This document shows positions 42,449 through 51,687 of a stretch of 64,000 nucleotides of DNA, piece by piece; within the stretch, counting starts at the first letter, position 1; every line of letters begins with the position of its first letter. A program made the translations under genes and the position numbers. This stretch comes from an uncultured Actinomycetota bacterium. Lineage in GTDB: Bacteria; Actinomycetota; Actinomycetes; BP-191. The notes beneath the pieces were generated by a model that did not search any database, had not been told where the DNA came from, and saw only the letters and a program-made list of their open reading frames with translations. The stretch covers positions 178,666 through 242,665 of the forward strand of contig CAVXXT010000008.1 of NCBI GenBank assembly GCA_963765815.1. The letters run 5' to 3'.

Positions 42449-43936
42449 GTGTCCAACTCCACAGACCACCGCAAGACGGTGGTCGCGACCGAACGCCGGC
42501 GCGCCCCGCGCCGCTTCGAGTCGGTAGGCCGGCCTGCGTGGGAGCGGCAATACTCGCTCGCGCTGGTCGGCGTGGACCTCGCGGCCGTCACTCTCGCCGC
42601 CGCGCTGTCGTTCCTCATCCGGTTCAGCGCTGGGGGCGGAACCTTCCTCGGTGTCTCCTATGTCCGGCTCGGCGCAGCTCTCGTCGCTGTCTGGGTGCCG
42701 TTCCTCGGGCTGAGCCGGGCCTACGAGGCGCGGTTCGTCGGCGCGGGTTCGGAGGAGTTCCGGCGGGTCTTTGACGCGTCCGTCCGGCTGCTCGCTGTGA
42801 TCACGACGATCGCATTCGCCTTTCAGCTGCCGCTGGCACGTGGCTACTTCGGTCTGGCTTTCCCGCTGGGGACGGTGTTCTTGCTTCTCGGCCGGTTCAT
42901 CGCCCGGCGCGTGCTCTACCGGATGCGAAGGTCGGGTCGGGCGTGCCATCGAGTACTCGTCGTTGGGTCTCGGTCTGCCTCGATCGAGCTGATCAGGGAG
43001 GCCGCCTCCGCGCCTAACGCCGGCCTCAGCGTCGTCGGCGCCTGCGTGCCGGGGACCGAGCCGCTCGTGGTGGGTGATCGCGAGATCCCCGTGCTCGGTG
43101 AGCCGCGAGACGCCGTGACATGCCTCGACCAATGCGGCGCCGACACCGTCGCGGTGACCGGGACGGGGCTCATGGGCACGGACGGCGTACGACGGCTGGG
43201 CTGGGAGCTCGAGGGCTCGGGCGTCGACCTCGTCGTAGCCCCTTCGGTCACCAACGTGGCCGGCCCGCGCATCACCATCCGCCCCGTCGCGGGCCTATCG
43301 CTGCTGCACGTCGAGGAGCCGGCGTTCACCGGCGTGCGGCGGATCTTCAAGACCGGGTTCGACAAGGTCGTCGCGTTCACCGTGCTGCTGGTCGCCTCAC
43401 CCCTGCTCCTGGCGACCGCGGTCGCCATCAAGCTGGACAGTCACGGACCGGTCTTCTTCCGGCAGACGCGGGTCGGGATCCACGGTCGGCAGTTCAAGGT
43501 CTGGAAGTTCCGCAGCATGCTGTCGGGTGCGGAGGCGATGCGGGCTGAGCTGGAGAACATCAACGAGAACGCCGACGGGCTCCTCTTCAAGATCAAGGAG
43601 GACCCGCGGATCACTCGCATCGGCAAGCACATCCGGCGCTTCAGCATCGACGAGCTGCCGCAGCTGCTGAACGTGCTGCGCGGGGACATGTCACTCGTGG
43701 GGCCTCGCCCCCCGCTGCCCAGCGAGGTTGCTGAGTACGGCACCGACGTCTACCGGCGACTGCTCGTCAAGCCCGGACTGACCGGGCTGTGGCAGGTCAG
43801 CGGGCGATCCAACCTCTCGTGGGAGGAGAGCGTCCGGCTCGACCTGCGGTACGTCGAGAACTGGTCGGTCGCGATGGACTTCATGATCCTCTGGAAGACG
43901 GTCGGCGCTGTCGTCCATGGCCGCGGGGCGTACTGA
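42449..43936 (+). CDS. Polyprenyl-phosphate glycosyl-1-phosphate (priming) transferase, WbaP/EpsB type
   Basis: 495 aa. ...FKVWKFRSM...DELPQLLNVLRGDMSLVGPRPPLPSEV...KPGLTGLWQVSGRS... Confidence 0.9.
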   Translation: MSNSTDHRKTVVATERRRAPRRFESVGRPAWERQYSLALVGVDLAAVTLAAALSFLIRFSAGGGTFLGVSYVRLGAALVAVWVPFLGLSRAYEARFVGAGSEEFRRVFDASVRLLAVITTIAFAFQLPLARGYFGLAFPLGTVFLLLGRFIARRVLYRMRRSGRACHRVLVVGSRSASIELIREAASAPNAGLSVVGACVPGTEPLVVGDREIPVLGEPRDAVTCLDQCGADTVAVTGTGLMGTDGVRRLGWELEGSGVDLVVAPSVTNVAGPRITIRPVAGLSLLHVEEPAFTGVRRIFKTGFDKVVAFTVLLVASPLLLATAVAIKLDSHGPVFFRQTRVGIHGRQFKVWKFRSMLSGAEAMRAELENINENADGLLFKIKEDPRITRIGKHIRRFSIDELPQLLNVLRGDMSLVGPRPPLPSEVAEYGTDVYRRLLVKPGLTGLWQVSGRSNLSWEESVRLDLRYVENWSVAMDFMILWKTVGAVVHGRGAY

Positions 43937-45188
43937 CGTGGAGCTGCTGCGCTTCGCCACGGCCGGGTCGGTCGACGACGGCAAGTCGACGCTGATCGGC
44001 CGGCTGCTGCTCGACTCCAAGGCGATCTTCGAGGACCAGCTCGCCGCGGTGGAGCGGGCCTCGGCCGATCACGGTGACGACTACACCAACCTCGCGCTGC
44101 TCACCGACGGCCTCCGTGCGGAGCGCGAGCAGGGCATCACCATCGACGTGGCCTACCGCTACTTCGCGACGCCGCGGCGGAAGTTCATCATCGCGGACAC
44201 CCCGGGGCACGTGCAGTACACGCGCAACATGGTCACCGGTGCCTCGACCGCCGACGTCGCTCTGATCCTCGTCGACGCGCGCAAGGGGGTGCTCGAGCAG
44301 ACCCGACGGCACTCGTTCCTCTCCACGCTGCTGCGGGTGCCGCACCTCGTGCTCTGCGTCAACAAGATGGACCTCGTCGACTGGTCGCAGGAGCGCTTCG
44401 AGGAGATCGCGACCGAGTTCCGGCACTTCGCGGCCAAGCTCGACGTCACCGACCTCGCGGTCATCCCGGTGTCAGCGCTGCTCGGCGACAACATCATCAA
44501 GCGGTCAGCCGCGATGCCCTGGTACGAAGGCGCGTCGCTGCTGCACCACCTCGAGGAGGTGCACATCGCGTCGGACCGCAACCTCATCGACGCGCGCTTC
44601 CCGGTGCAGTACGTCGTCCGCCCGATGTCCGGCAAGTGGCACGACTACCGCGGCTACGCCGGCCATGTCGCCTCGGGCACGTTCAAGGTGGGCGACGAGG
44701 TGCTGGTCCTTCCGTCGGGGCTGTCCACGACGATCGCCGGCATCGACACCTACGACGGGCCGGTCGACGAGGCTTTTCCGCCGATGTCGGTCACGCTCCG
44801 CCTCGCCGACGACCTCGACGTCTCGCGCGGCGACATGATCGCCCGGCCGCACAACGCGCCCGCGCCGATGCAGGACATCGACGCGATGGTCTGCTGGATG
44901 ACCGACGACGTCGCGCTCAACCCGCAGACGACGTTCTCGATGAAGCACACGACCAGGTCGACCCGCTGCCTGGTCAAGGACGTGCAGTACCGGCTCGACG
45001 TCAACACCCTGCACCGTGACCTCGACGCGCACTCGCTGGGGCTCAACGAGATCGGCCGCGTCACGCTCCGCTCGACGACGCCGCTCTTCGCCGACCCCTA
45101 CCGGCGCAACCGGACCACCGGCTCGTTCATCCTCATCGACGAGGCGACCGGTACGACGGCCGGCGCCGGAATGATCCTCGAGCGATGA
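43917..45188 (+). CDS. cysN: Sulfate adenylyltransferase subunit 1 (GTPase)
   Basis: LLRFATAGSVDDGKSTLIGRLL, DTPGH, NKMDL. An alternative in-frame GTG start lies at 43938, 2 nt after the upstream stop. There is no fused APS-kinase domain. Confidence 0.9.
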   Translation: MAAGRTDVELLRFATAGSVDDGKSTLIGRLLLDSKAIFEDQLAAVERASADHGDDYTNLALLTDGLRAEREQGITIDVAYRYFATPRRKFIIADTPGHVQYTRNMVTGASTADVALILVDARKGVLEQTRRHSFLSTLLRVPHLVLCVNKMDLVDWSQERFEEIATEFRHFAAKLDVTDLAVIPVSALLGDNIIKRSAAMPWYEGASLLHHLEEVHIASDRNLIDARFPVQYVVRPMSGKWHDYRGYAGHVASGTFKVGDEVLVLPSGLSTTIAGIDTYDGPVDEAFPPMSVTLRLADDLDVSRGDMIARPHNAPAPMQDIDAMVCWMTDDVALNPQTTFSMKHTTRSTRCLVKDVQYRLDVNTLHRDLDAHSLGLNEIGRVTLRSTTPLFADPYRRNRTTGSFILIDEATGTTAGAGMILER

Positions 45189-46432
45189 CCGCGCCGCAGT
45201 CGGTCTGCGTCGTCGGGCTCGGGTACATCGGGCTGCCGACCGCGGCGGCGTTCGCGACCCAGGGCCTGACCGTCCTTGGCGTCGACGTCAACGACCGCAC
45301 CATCGCGTGCATCAACGCCGGCGAGGCGCCCTTCGCCGAGCCCGACCTCGCGGTCGCCATCAGCGGCGCGGTGTCGCTGGGCCGGCTCACCGCGAGCCGT
45401 ACGCCGGCGACGTCGGACGCGTTCATCCTCGCGGTGCCGACGCCCTTCCAGGCCGACCGCACCGCCGACCTGTCCTTCGTCCGCGCGGCCGCTGAGTCGA
45501 TCGCGCCGGTGCTCAAGGCGGGCGACCTCGTCGTGCTCGAGTCGACGTCGCCGCCGGGCACGACCGTGCAGCTGTCGGGCTGGCTGGCCGAGCTGCGGCC
45601 CGACCTCACCTGGCCGCACCACATGGGGGAGCGGGCCGACGTCTTCGTCGCGCACTGCCCGGAGCGGGTGCTGCCCGGCCGGATCATGTTCGAGCTGGTC
45701 AGCAACGACCGGGTGATCGGCGGGGTGAGCCCGGCGTGTGCGGAGCGGGCTCGCGACCTCTACGCGACCTTCGTCCAGGGCGAGTTGTTCCTCACCGACG
45801 CCACCACCGCCGAGCTGGTGAAGCTCAGCGAGAACGCCTACCGCGACGTCAACATCGCCTTCGCCAACGAGCTGTCGCTGATCAGCGAGCGGCTCGGCGT
45901 CGACGTGCACACGGTGATCGAGCTGGCCAGCCGGCACCCGCGGGTCAACATCCTCAGCCCTGGCCCCGGGGTGGGTGGCCACTGCATCGCGGTGGACCCC
46001 TGGTTCATCGTCAGCGCCGCGCCCGAGGAGGCGCGGCTCATCCGCACCGCCCGCGAGGTCAACGACGCGAAGCCGGGCCACGTCGTCGACGACGTCGCGC
46101 GCGCGGCGGCGGCGTACGAGCGGCCGGTGATCGCCGCGCTCGGGCTGAGCTACAAGGCCAACGTCGACGACCTGCGCGAGAGCCCGGCGGTGGAGATCGT
46201 CGCGCGGATCCTCGCCGCCGAGCTCGGTCAGGTGCTGGTCGTCGAGCCGCATGTCGAGACGCTGCCGGCCGCGCTCGCCGACGCCGGCGACGTCGAGCTG
46301 ACGACCTTGCCTGACGCGCTCAAGCGAGCCGACGTGCTGCTGCTGCTCGTCGACCACGACGCGTTCCGCGCGGTGCCGAGCTCCGCGCGGGCGGGCAAGT
46401 CAGTGATCGACACCCGCGGCATCTGGCGCTAG
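45185..46432 (+). CDS. wecC: UDP-N-acetyl-D-mannosamine dehydrogenase-type nucleotide-sugar dehydrogenase
   Basis: ATG overlaps the cysN stop (ATGA). VCVVGLGYIGLPTAAAFA Rossmann motif and GVGGHCIAVDP catalytic Cys motif. wecB is nearby. Confidence 0.8.
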   Translation: MTAPQSVCVVGLGYIGLPTAAAFATQGLTVLGVDVNDRTIACINAGEAPFAEPDLAVAISGAVSLGRLTASRTPATSDAFILAVPTPFQADRTADLSFVRAAAESIAPVLKAGDLVVLESTSPPGTTVQLSGWLAELRPDLTWPHHMGERADVFVAHCPERVLPGRIMFELVSNDRVIGGVSPACAERARDLYATFVQGELFLTDATTAELVKLSENAYRDVNIAFANELSLISERLGVDVHTVIELASRHPRVNILSPGPGVGGHCIAVDPWFIVSAAPEEARLIRTAREVNDAKPGHVVDDVARAAAAYERPVIAALGLSYKANVDDLRESPAVEIVARILAAELGQVLVVEPHVETLPAALADAGDVELTTLPDALKRADVLLLLVDHDAFRAVPSSARAGKSVIDTRGIWR

Positions 46433-46499
46433 ACGCGGAGGACGCTGCGCGCCACCTGACGCCGTTGCCGGTTATGCCACCGGTCGGCTGAGGGGCGCC

Positions 46500-46853
46500 T
46501 CAGGTGTTGAGTCCGAGCGCGATCTTCAGCGCGATGTCGACTCTCTTCATGGTCGCGGGTGTGAGCGCCCCGCTGTCTTCGACGACGTCGTCTGGGTAGA
46601 TCGGTCCAAGATCGTCACAGACGACGCGGCCGGTGAACGGCTGGTCCGACGGACCGAGCTCGACGACCGTCGCGATGCGGGGCTTCGAGGCCGTCGTCAG
46701 GCGGACAGCGATGAACTCGCCGAGCGCGCGGTTGCGGGTGTTGTTCGACACGCACACCCAGTACTTCTTGCCGACCTCGCCGAGCGGTGCCAGGTAGATG
46801 CGGCCACGAACTGCGACGAAGGGTCTTCCGCCGGCGTCGACGAAGCCCGGCAT
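46500..46853 (-). CDS. PemK/MazF-family toxin
   Basis: 117 aa. ...GRIYLAPLGEVGKKYWVCVSNNTRNRALGEFIAVRLTT... resembles MazF-like toxins. Its start overlaps the upstream stop (TGATG). Confidence 0.65.
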   Translation of the reverse strand: MPGFVDAGGRPFVAVRGRIYLAPLGEVGKKYWVCVSNNTRNRALGEFIAVRLTTASKPRIATVVELGPSDQPFTGRVVCDDLGPIYPDDVVEDSGALTPATMKRVDIALKIALGLNT

Positions 46854-47167
46854 CAGTCGGTGGCCGCGAGCCGACGCATGTTGCGGCGAAGGCCGGCGCT
46901 CACCTCGGGGGTCCCGGCGTCGATCCGCTGGCGGGCGAGCTCGGCGTACCCCTGGGCGAGGTCGGAGTCTGCGGCGACCTGCTCGCGGACGTAGCGCATG
47001 CCGAGGACGGTTAGCGCCCGCAGCGTCGCCCCTTCGCTGTTGCTGCGCAGCGGCACGGGGGAGACCCGCTGGAGCGCATCGCGCTCCGGGCTGTCGCGGG
47101 TGAACGCCGCGACCTGCGCCAACTCGTCGTCGCTGAGCGGCATGGACTTGCGCGAAGGGCTGGCCAT
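46853..47167 (-). CDS. Putative cognate antitoxin
   Basis: ATG 47167 (the track ORF begins at 47197). ~104 aa. Position and coupling to the MazF-like gene are the only evidence. Confidence 0.45.
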   Translation of the reverse strand: MASPSRKSMPLSDDELAQVAAFTRDSPERDALQRVSPVPLRSNSEGATLRALTVLGMRYVREQVAADSDLAQGYAELARQRIDAGTPEVSAGLRRNMRRLAATD

Positions 47168-47233
47168 GAGGGCATTCTGCTGCAGAAAATGCTGCACTTC
47201 AAGGTGCGCAATCGTTGGGGATGGCCCGAGACG

Positions 47234-48379
47234 TCAGCTGACGAACTCCTCCGGCCGCGGCCCGCCGAGGAGCAGGTGCCGGATCGACGTGACCGTGCGC
47301 TCGACCGCGCGGCCGTCGCCGTAGGGGTTCACCGCGCGGGCCATCTCGTCGTACGCCGCCGGATCGGCCCAGAGCCGTCGTACCGCGTCTTCCACCACGG
47401 CCGCGTCGGTGCCCACCAGCCGGACGGTGCCCGCCTCGACCGCCTCCGGCCGCTCGGTGTTGTCGCGCAGGACGAGGACCGGCTTGCCGAGACTCGGCGC
47501 CTCCTCCTGCACGCCGCCGCTGTCGCTGAGGACGACGTGCGCCCGCTGCAGGCACCAGGCGAAGTCGTCGTAGTCGAGCGGCTCGAGGACCAGCACGTTG
47601 TCGAGTCCGTCGAACGACGGGAGCAGCGCCTCGCGGACCACCGGGTTCCGATGGATCGGGAAGACCACGAGCATGTCCGGGTGTGACTGCGCGAGCGCGC
47701 GCAGCGCGGCGCCGACCTGACGCAGCGGCTCGCCCCACGACTCCCGACGGTGCGCGGTGACGAGCAGCACCCGGCGCGGGTCGTCTGCGACCGCCGCCAG
47801 CTCCGGGTGGCGGGGCGTCGTGACGCGCGCGACCACCCACTGCAGCGCGTCGATGACCGTGTTGCCGGTGACGACCACCCGCTCCGCGGGCACGCCTTCG
47901 CGCAGCAGGTTGGCCCGGCTCGTCGACGTCGGCGCGAGGTGCAGGGTCGTGAGCTGCGACGTGAGCCGGCGGTTCATCTCCTCCGGGTAGGGCGAGTAGA
48001 CGTCGCCGGTGCGCAGCCCCGCCTCGACGTGCACGACGGGGACCCGCTGGTAGAACGCGCCGAGCGCCGCGCCGAACGTCGTCGTCGTGTCGCCCTGCAC
48101 GACGACACAGGCTGGTCGGACCTCCTCCAGCACCCGCTCGATGCCCTCGAGCACCGCCGACGTCACGTGGGTCAGCGTCTGCCGCTCGCGCAGCAGGTCG
48201 AGGTCGTACGCCGGCGTGATCCCGAAGAGCGCGTTGAACTGGTCGAGCATCTGCCGGTGCTGCGCGGTGACGCAGACCACGGGGTCGAGGTCGGCGGCCT
48301 CCTGCAGGGCCAGCACGACCGGCGCGAGCTTCACCGCCTCGGGGCGCGTGCCGTACACGACCAGGACTTTCTCGGCCAT
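47234..48379 (-). CDS. wecB: UDP-N-acetylglucosamine 2-epimerase (non-hydrolysing)
   Basis: 381 aa. KVLVVYGTRPEAVKLAPVV...VTAQHRQMLDQ...VQGDTTT...VLSDSGGVQEEAPSLGKPVLVLR. Confidence 0.95.
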   Translation of the reverse strand: MAEKVLVVYGTRPEAVKLAPVVLALQEAADLDPVVCVTAQHRQMLDQFNALFGITPAYDLDLLRERQTLTHVTSAVLEGIERVLEEVRPACVVVQGDTTTTFGAALGAFYQRVPVVHVEAGLRTGDVYSPYPEEMNRRLTSQLTTLHLAPTSTSRANLLREGVPAERVVVTGNTVIDALQWVVARVTTPRHPELAAVADDPRRVLLVTAHRRESWGEPLRQVGAALRALAQSHPDMLVVFPIHRNPVVREALLPSFDGLDNVLVLEPLDYDDFAWCLQRAHVVLSDSGGVQEEAPSLGKPVLVLRDNTERPEAVEAGTVRLVGTDAAVVEDAVRRLWADPAAYDEMARAVNPYGDGRAVERTVTSIRHLLLGGPRPEEFVS

Positions 48380-48468
48380 GTACGTCGCCCTCCCCTCGCC
48401 CGTCGAGCGGCGGAGGTCCCCGCCGGAGCGGCCATCTTCCCGCGTGCGAAATATCTTGGCAAAAGTAG

Positions 48469-48497
48469 TTGACGACCAGCAGAAACGGGCACATAAT
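48469..48497 (+). promoter_or_regulatory. Sigma-70-like promoter candidate for the DUF222/HNH gene
   Basis: TTGACG (48469-74), a 17-nt spacer and CATAAT (48492-97), about 40 nt upstream of ATG 48537. Confidence 0.4.
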
Positions 48498-48536
48498 CGA
48501 ACGTGAGTTCGAGTAACGATCGCGAAGGTAGGGCCG

Positions 48537-49874
48537 ATGACACCGCTAGGTGAGGCGCTTCCTTGGTCGGAGTTCGACGTGGACTTCTACGACGACATCG
48601 ACCCCGACTTCCAGCCGACCAGCGCCAACGCCGCGGCCATGGCGATGTGGCCGTTGATGCCGCTGATCCCCTCGACCGACCGCGTGACCGAGCTCCGCGA
48701 GATGCGCTCGCGCCTGGCGTCGGCCGACGAGAAGCTCAGCGCTCTCGAGCTGATTCACCAGCAGATCGCGATGCTGCACTACCAGGCGACGCAGCTGGCA
48801 GTCGACCTGTGCGACGCCATGCCGGCACCCAAGGGCCAGCAGGGTGATGAGGAGTGGGGCCGCGAGGAGATCGCCGCCGCGCTCCACAACGGCTTCTACG
48901 CCGCCGACGAGCTGGTCACGGTCGGCCGCGCCGTACGCCGGTCGATGCCGACGCTCGGCCGGGCGCTCGCCGACGGCGAGATCTCCTACCGCCACGTCGC
49001 GAAGATCGTCGACGGGCTCGGCAAGTACGACCTCGACGACGAGACGCTCGACCGGCTGTCCTCGGATCTCGTGGAAGACGCCAAGAGGTGCGCCCCCGCG
49101 ACCCTGGAGAAGAAGGTGCGGGCCGCGGCGATCGCGGCAGCGCCAGACCTGGCCGAGGCGGCCGCCAAGGCGACCAAGAAGGGTCGTAAAGTCGATCTCT
49201 ACCCGGGGTCGGCGGGGGACCAGACCCTCGCCGCGACCGGGCCCGCAGCCGAGGTGCAGCTGATCTGGACCGCGCTCGACGCCTGTGCCACCCCGCGCGG
49301 ATCAGACGACGACCGCGGGATCGACGCCCGCCGCTTCGACACCCTGGTCAGCTGGGCGCGCGACGCGCTCGCCGACCCGAGTGCGCCGCGACGCAAGGGC
49401 CGTCCGGTTCAGGTCAACGTGACGATGTCGTTCGGCACTGCGTTCGCCCTGGCCAGCCGCGCTGCCGAGCTGCACGGATACGGGCCGATCACGCCCGAGG
49501 TCGCCCGTGAGCTCGCCCGCGACGCGAAGTGGCGGGTGCTCATCGTCGACGCCGTCACGGGCGCCCTCCAGGGGCTCGGCACCGAGAGCTACACGCCGAC
49601 CGACCGGATCAACGACTTCATCACGACCCGAAGTCAGACCTGCACTCATCCCGACTGCAACCAGCCGGCGTCAAAGTGCGACACCGACCACGCGATCCCC
49701 TGGCCCGACGGTCCGACCTGCACCTGCAACCTCGGTCCCGACTGCCGACGACATCACCGGTGCAAGCACGAGGGCGGCTGGTCGGTGGAGCAGCTGCCCG
49801 ACGGCACCCGCATCTCGACCAGCCCGCTCGGCCGCACCTACGTCACCGAGCCGCACGCCTACCCCGTCGACTGA
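48537..49874 (+). CDS. DUF222 / HNH endonuclease (13E12-repeat-family-like)
   Basis: 445 aa. The C-terminal ...CTHPDCNQPASKCDTDHAIPWPDGPTCTCNLGPDCRRHHRCKH... is the HNH signature typical of this actinobacterial family. Confidence 0.85.
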   Translation: MTPLGEALPWSEFDVDFYDDIDPDFQPTSANAAAMAMWPLMPLIPSTDRVTELREMRSRLASADEKLSALELIHQQIAMLHYQATQLAVDLCDAMPAPKGQQGDEEWGREEIAAALHNGFYAADELVTVGRAVRRSMPTLGRALADGEISYRHVAKIVDGLGKYDLDDETLDRLSSDLVEDAKRCAPATLEKKVRAAAIAAAPDLAEAAAKATKKGRKVDLYPGSAGDQTLAATGPAAEVQLIWTALDACATPRGSDDDRGIDARRFDTLVSWARDALADPSAPRRKGRPVQVNVTMSFGTAFALASRAAELHGYGPITPEVARELARDAKWRVLIVDAVTGALQGLGTESYTPTDRINDFITTRSQTCTHPDCNQPASKCDTDHAIPWPDGPTCTCNLGPDCRRHHRCKHEGGWSVEQLPDGTRISTSPLGRTYVTEPHAYPVD

Positions 49875-49912
49875 TCACGTATGCGCGGTATCATGACTAC
49901 ATGGAGAAGCCC

Positions 49913-50110
49913 ATGACTGTCCGCCTGTCCGACGAGCAGCGAGCGGATCTCGCCGCTGTTGCGCGAGCGGACGGGACGTCCGTCGCGGACACCGTCCGCG
50001 CCGCGATCGACGAGCACATCGCCGCGCGGCGTGGGGATTCGGAGTTCCAGAAGCGGCTTGCCGCGATCATCGAACGCGATCGTGAGCTGCTCGACCGCTT
50101 GGCCAAGTGA
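49913..50110 (+). CDS. Ribbon-helix-helix antitoxin (Phd-role partner of Doc)
   Basis: ATG 49913 follows GGAG (in-frame ATG 49901 is also possible). 65 aa: MTVRLSDEQRADLAAVARADGTSVADTVRAAIDEHI... Confidence 0.65.
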   Translation: MTVRLSDEQRADLAAVARADGTSVADTVRAAIDEHIAARRGDSEFQKRLAAIIERDRELLDRLAK

Positions 50111-50499
50111 CGCAGTACCTCGACCTCGCCGACTACCTCCTCATCGCCGAGGCGGTCACCGGAGTCTCCGCGCAGACGTTCGCCAGATTGCCGAGTCTCG
50201 ACCTCGCGGAGTCCGCACTCCACGTACCTCAATCGGAATTCGATGGAGTCGAGTTCTATCCGGACTTCGCCATGAAGGCAGCGGTCCTCTGCGCGCGCCT
50301 GCTGCGCAACCATCCCCTGCCTGATGGCAACAAGCGTGCGGCGTGGGTCTCGCTCCAAGAGTTCATCGAACGAAACGGCTTCCGCTGGGAGCCGCCGCCG
50401 GTGGACGAAGCAGAGTCGACGGTCGTCGCAGTCGCGAGCTCCACGATGTCGGAGTCCGACTTCGCCGATTGGCTACGAGGTCGGATCGTCGCGCGGTAG
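50107..50499 (+). CDS. doc: Fic/Doc-family toxin (death-on-curing type)
   Basis: GTG overlaps the antitoxin stop (GTGA). 130 aa with the Doc-type Fic motif HPLPDGNKR. Confidence 0.8.
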   Translation: MTQYLDLADYLLIAEAVTGVSAQTFARLPSLDLAESALHVPQSEFDGVEFYPDFAMKAAVLCARLLRNHPLPDGNKRAAWVSLQEFIERNGFRWEPPPVDEAESTVVAVASSTMSESDFADWLRGRIVAR

Positions 50500-50536
50500 T
50501 CGATCAACGGTCGAGTCGACGGCCTGGAAACGGACG

Positions 50537-51646
50537 TCATCCCCGGCGCAGGGTCTCCGCCACCGCGGCGTACGCCGGCTTGGGGGCGTAGCTCTCGTCG
50601 AGCAGCAGCGGCATCTCGCCGGGCTTCCAGGTGTGCCCGTCGGACACGCCCCACGTGACGACCGTGTCGCAGCGGCGTACCCGCAGGCAGGCCTCGACGA
50701 CGGCCCGGTAGATCGCCGCCTGCCGGTCCCGCCAGCCGCCCGGCCCCTCGCCGAAGCGGGCCCGGGTGGGCGGCGCGGCGGCGACGTCGAGCTCGGTCAC
50801 CGCGACCTCGAGGCCGAGGTCGGCGAAGCGGTTCATGGTCGCCATCACCCGGCCGACCGCGGGTGGGTAGTCGGCGGTGAGGTGCGCCTGCATCCCGATC
50901 CCGTGCAGCGGTACGCCGGAAGCCAGCAGCCGGCGGGCCAGCGCGACGTAGGCGTCAGCGCGCGGACCGCCCTCCTCGAAGCCGTAGTCGTTGAGGAAGA
51001 GCCGCGCGTCCGGGTCGGCCTCGTGGGCGGCGCGCAGCGCGATGTCGATGTAGTCGGGCCCGATCCGGTCGAGCCACACGGAGCGGCGCAGCGACCCGTC
51101 CGCCTCGATCGGCTCGTTGACGACGTCCCACTCGGTGACCCGGCCGCGGAAGTGGCTGACCACCGCGGTGACGTGCCGCCGCAGTACGTCGATCATCTCG
51201 TCGCGGCTGCGCTCCGGCGCCGTCGCCCAGTCGGGCACCCGCAGGTGCCAGACCAGGGGCGTGCCGCGCACGGTCATGTCATTGGCCTCGGCGAAGGACG
51301 CCAGCAGGTTGGCGTCGCAGAAGTTGAAGACGCCTTCGACGCCCTGGACGACCTCCATCTTCATCGCGTTCTCGGGCGTGAGTACGGCGTACTCCCGGGC
51401 CAGTGCGTCGCGATACGCCTGCTCGTCGCGCAGCGGGCCGGCCGCGGCCGCGGCTCCCACCTGCAGCCGTGCGCCTGCCGTGCCCTTGAGCGCGCCAGGT
51501 GCGCTCGGCGTCACCGGCAGGGCGCCGAGCGGGCAGCTGATGACGACCGGCTCGGGGAGCAGCGGCTCGGCGACGGCGCTCGACGCCGCCAGGGCGACGG
51601 CGAGCAGCGTCAGCCCGAGTGCGCGCCGCGGCGAGAGTCCCCCCAT
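50537..51646 (-). CDS. Glycoside hydrolase family 10 (xylanase-like), secreted
   Basis: ATG 51646 (frame-checked) lies within a 695-aa track ORF. It has a signal peptide, TPENAMKME, WDVVNEP (acid/base Glu) and VAVTELDV (nucleophile Glu). Confidence 0.8.
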   Translation of the reverse strand: MGGLSPRRALGLTLLAVALAASSAVAEPLLPEPVVISCPLGALPVTPSAPGALKGTAGARLQVGAAAAAGPLRDEQAYRDALAREYAVLTPENAMKMEVVQGVEGVFNFCDANLLASFAEANDMTVRGTPLVWHLRVPDWATAPERSRDEMIDVLRRHVTAVVSHFRGRVTEWDVVNEPIEADGSLRRSVWLDRIGPDYIDIALRAAHEADPDARLFLNDYGFEEGGPRADAYVALARRLLASGVPLHGIGMQAHLTADYPPAVGRVMATMNRFADLGLEVAVTELDVAAAPPTRARFGEGPGGWRDRQAAIYRAVVEACLRVRRCDTVVTWGVSDGHTWKPGEMPLLLDESYAPKPAYAAVAETLRRG

Positions 51647-51687
51647 GAGGGATGAAGGCTTCGGCGCCGCGCCGCCCGATCCTGCGG

